From: Squalus acanthias
Lineage: Eukaryota
Length of the DNA: 64,000 nucleotides
NCBI GenBank assembly: GCA_030390025.1
Contig: CM059437.1
Span: 78,370,001 to 78,434,000, forward strand
Direction: 5' to 3'
Shown: positions 62,427-64,000 of the stretch, piece after piece
Layout of the letters: every line of letters begins with the position of its first letter
How positions within the stretch are numbered: position 1 is the first letter of the stretch
The notes under the pieces: model-generated
What the model was told of the DNA's origin: nothing
Databases searched by the model: none
What the model saw: only the letters and a program-made list of their open reading frames with translations
Program-made: the position numbers and the translations under genes

Positions 62427-63435
62427 GTGTACAGTCAACTACAGTACTGTAGACAGTCGTTTATAAGTTTTGTTTTACTGTTAAGTAATTAAAGAGTTAT
62501 GGATTACCCTCAACTGGCATTACTGTACTTAATCAAGCATCTTCCACCATCCATTTAACACAACATTCTGTAGGTGAGTACCCAAATACTGTATACTGCA
62601 CATTTCTTGATTTTTTTAGGTTAAAAATAGCCTCGGTAGATATAACTCTCCGTTATCCGGTACTTTCAATAAACCGGCACCACGCCGGTCCCGTCGATGC
62701 CGGATAAACGAAAGTTTCCTGTACATTGTCCTGTCTATCTGGGACCCCAGCTTGAATCCAGCCTAGACTGATGGGATGAAAGTCTCCTCTGGTCGGTGTA
62801 AAGGTTATATGTGAAATAACTTTGCATAGTCTTACCTCAGGTCTTAGAGGGTATATGTCCACAGCACAAAACTGTCCACAATTTGACATGTGATATGCAA
62901 TCTCACTCAAATTAGGAAACTTGGCGTGGGAACTGGAATGGTGTAGTTGGGGGTTGCTTTTCTGTGGTTGTGGTTAAGGTACATTGTTGGGAATAGAGGC
63001 GTATCTTCCCATGTTGCATCTGATCTCGGACTGTTCGATGCAGACACTGGATAACATAAGGAACAATGATTCTCTACCTATCACCCTTGACTTCAATGAG
63101 CACAAAAATTCCTCCCAAATGTTTTAAACTCCAAAAATTACAAACTTACAAGATACCATTCGGATATTTGATTTTCAGGCTGGATGGTGCTTGCAAAGAT
63201 CAGATCAATCACTGGAGATGCCATGAGTTGTAGCAAGTGATCTTTCCCCATTATTATTAGTTTAAACAGGTTTAAATAAACTTAATGCAACATTTTGTCT
63301 CATTAGGAGTAAAGATGGTACATGGAGTGGACCATGTTCACATCAGGATCCAAAAAACATGCTTTGGAACCATTACTGTACAGTCAAAAAAAATTAAAAC
63401 TTTCTTATAAAGCTGAACTGCATTTTTCCACATAC

Positions 63436-63550
63436 CTGCATAATAGTGTTGAGCCTTGGCTGAAGGCTGCTTAAATATTCCTTTTTAATTTCAATGTCTT
63501 TCATTATTTTCTCTTTGTTTGCTAGAGATTCTTTATATTTTTCGGCCAAC
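63436..63550 (-). CDS. THOC5: THOC5 exon ([38 protein letters not shown]); upstream exons lie outside the window
   Basis: ttgtag/gtatgt, 115 nt, phase 2 to 0. Confidence 0.97.
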
Positions 63551-63619
63551 CTACAAATAAAAATGAACGAGTTTCAAACTCAATTAGGTATGCGAAAATT
63601 TTTAGTGCACAGAGACAGA

Positions 63620-64000
63620 AAACATTACAACATAAGTACAGAGGAGAAGTGAAAAAGGAAATAATAGGGGCAAAGAGATTAGCGGCTAACATAAAAGGGA
63701 AGGCAAAAGTCTTTTATAAACATATAAATAGTAAAAGGGTAGTCAAAGGAAGGGTGGGGTCAATTAGGGACCAAAAAGATCTCCGTATGGAGGCAGAGGG
63801 CATGGCTGAGATACTATTTGAGTACTTTGCATCTGTTTTCACTAAAGAAGAGGATGCTGCCAATGTCACAGTAAAGGTAGGATAAAAATAGATAAAGAGG
63901 TACTTAAAAGGTTCACAACGTTCAAAGTAGAAAAGTCACCTGGCCCGGATGGGATGCATCCTGGGTTGCTGAGGGAAATAAGGGTGGAAATTGCAGAGGC
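63620..64000 (+). mobile_element. CR1 ORF2 fragment running off the window
   Basis: LAANIKG...FYKHINSKR...YFASVFTKE, then KSPGPDGMHP. Confidence 0.85.

Larger units (their letters stand above)
59980..62721 (+). mobile_element. Full-length autonomous Tigger/pogo DNA transposon (2742 bp)
   Basis: Perfect 24-bp TIRs CAGGAAACTTTCGTTTATCCGGCA (59980-60003 / 62698-62721); TA TSD (59978-59979, 62722-62723); intact transposase ORF. Confidence 0.97.

Overview
Vertebrate genomic DNA, most likely a cartilaginous fish (shark or ray). The inference rests on Deu-domain SacSINE1-like SINEs, LF-SINE-like copies, dense CR1 LINEs and a Neptune-type Penelope element. The only host gene I can recognise is THOC5 (THO complex subunit 5) on the minus strand. 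Fourteen constitutive coding exons run from 63550 down to the stop at 25261 with canonical GT-AG sites and consistent phases; the 5' part of the gene lies beyond the window. There is also a 36-nt frame-preserving cassette microexon at 57125-57160. Most of the remaining sequence is mobile DNA: several CR1 families (one four-layer stack), L2 fragments, SINEs, and Harbinger-like and hAT MITEs. Highlights: (1) an intact, TA-flanked Tigger/pogo transposon with perfect 24-bp TIRs, whose DD32D transposase looks like a close relative of the mammalian domesticated gene JRK (Jerky); (2) a 596-bp tandem Penelope-derived mini-element carrying two minimal hammerhead ribozymes exactly 320 nt apart, in the sense orientation of the THOC5 pre-mRNA (retrozyme-like); (3) the THOC5 microexon with a ~100-nt AG-exclusion zone; (4) a SINE tail that supplies a THOC5 polypyrimidine tract; (5) a decayed partial copy of a THOC5 exon. 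Family names and protein comparisons come from recalled sequences, not database searches. Boundaries of old repeats are approximate.
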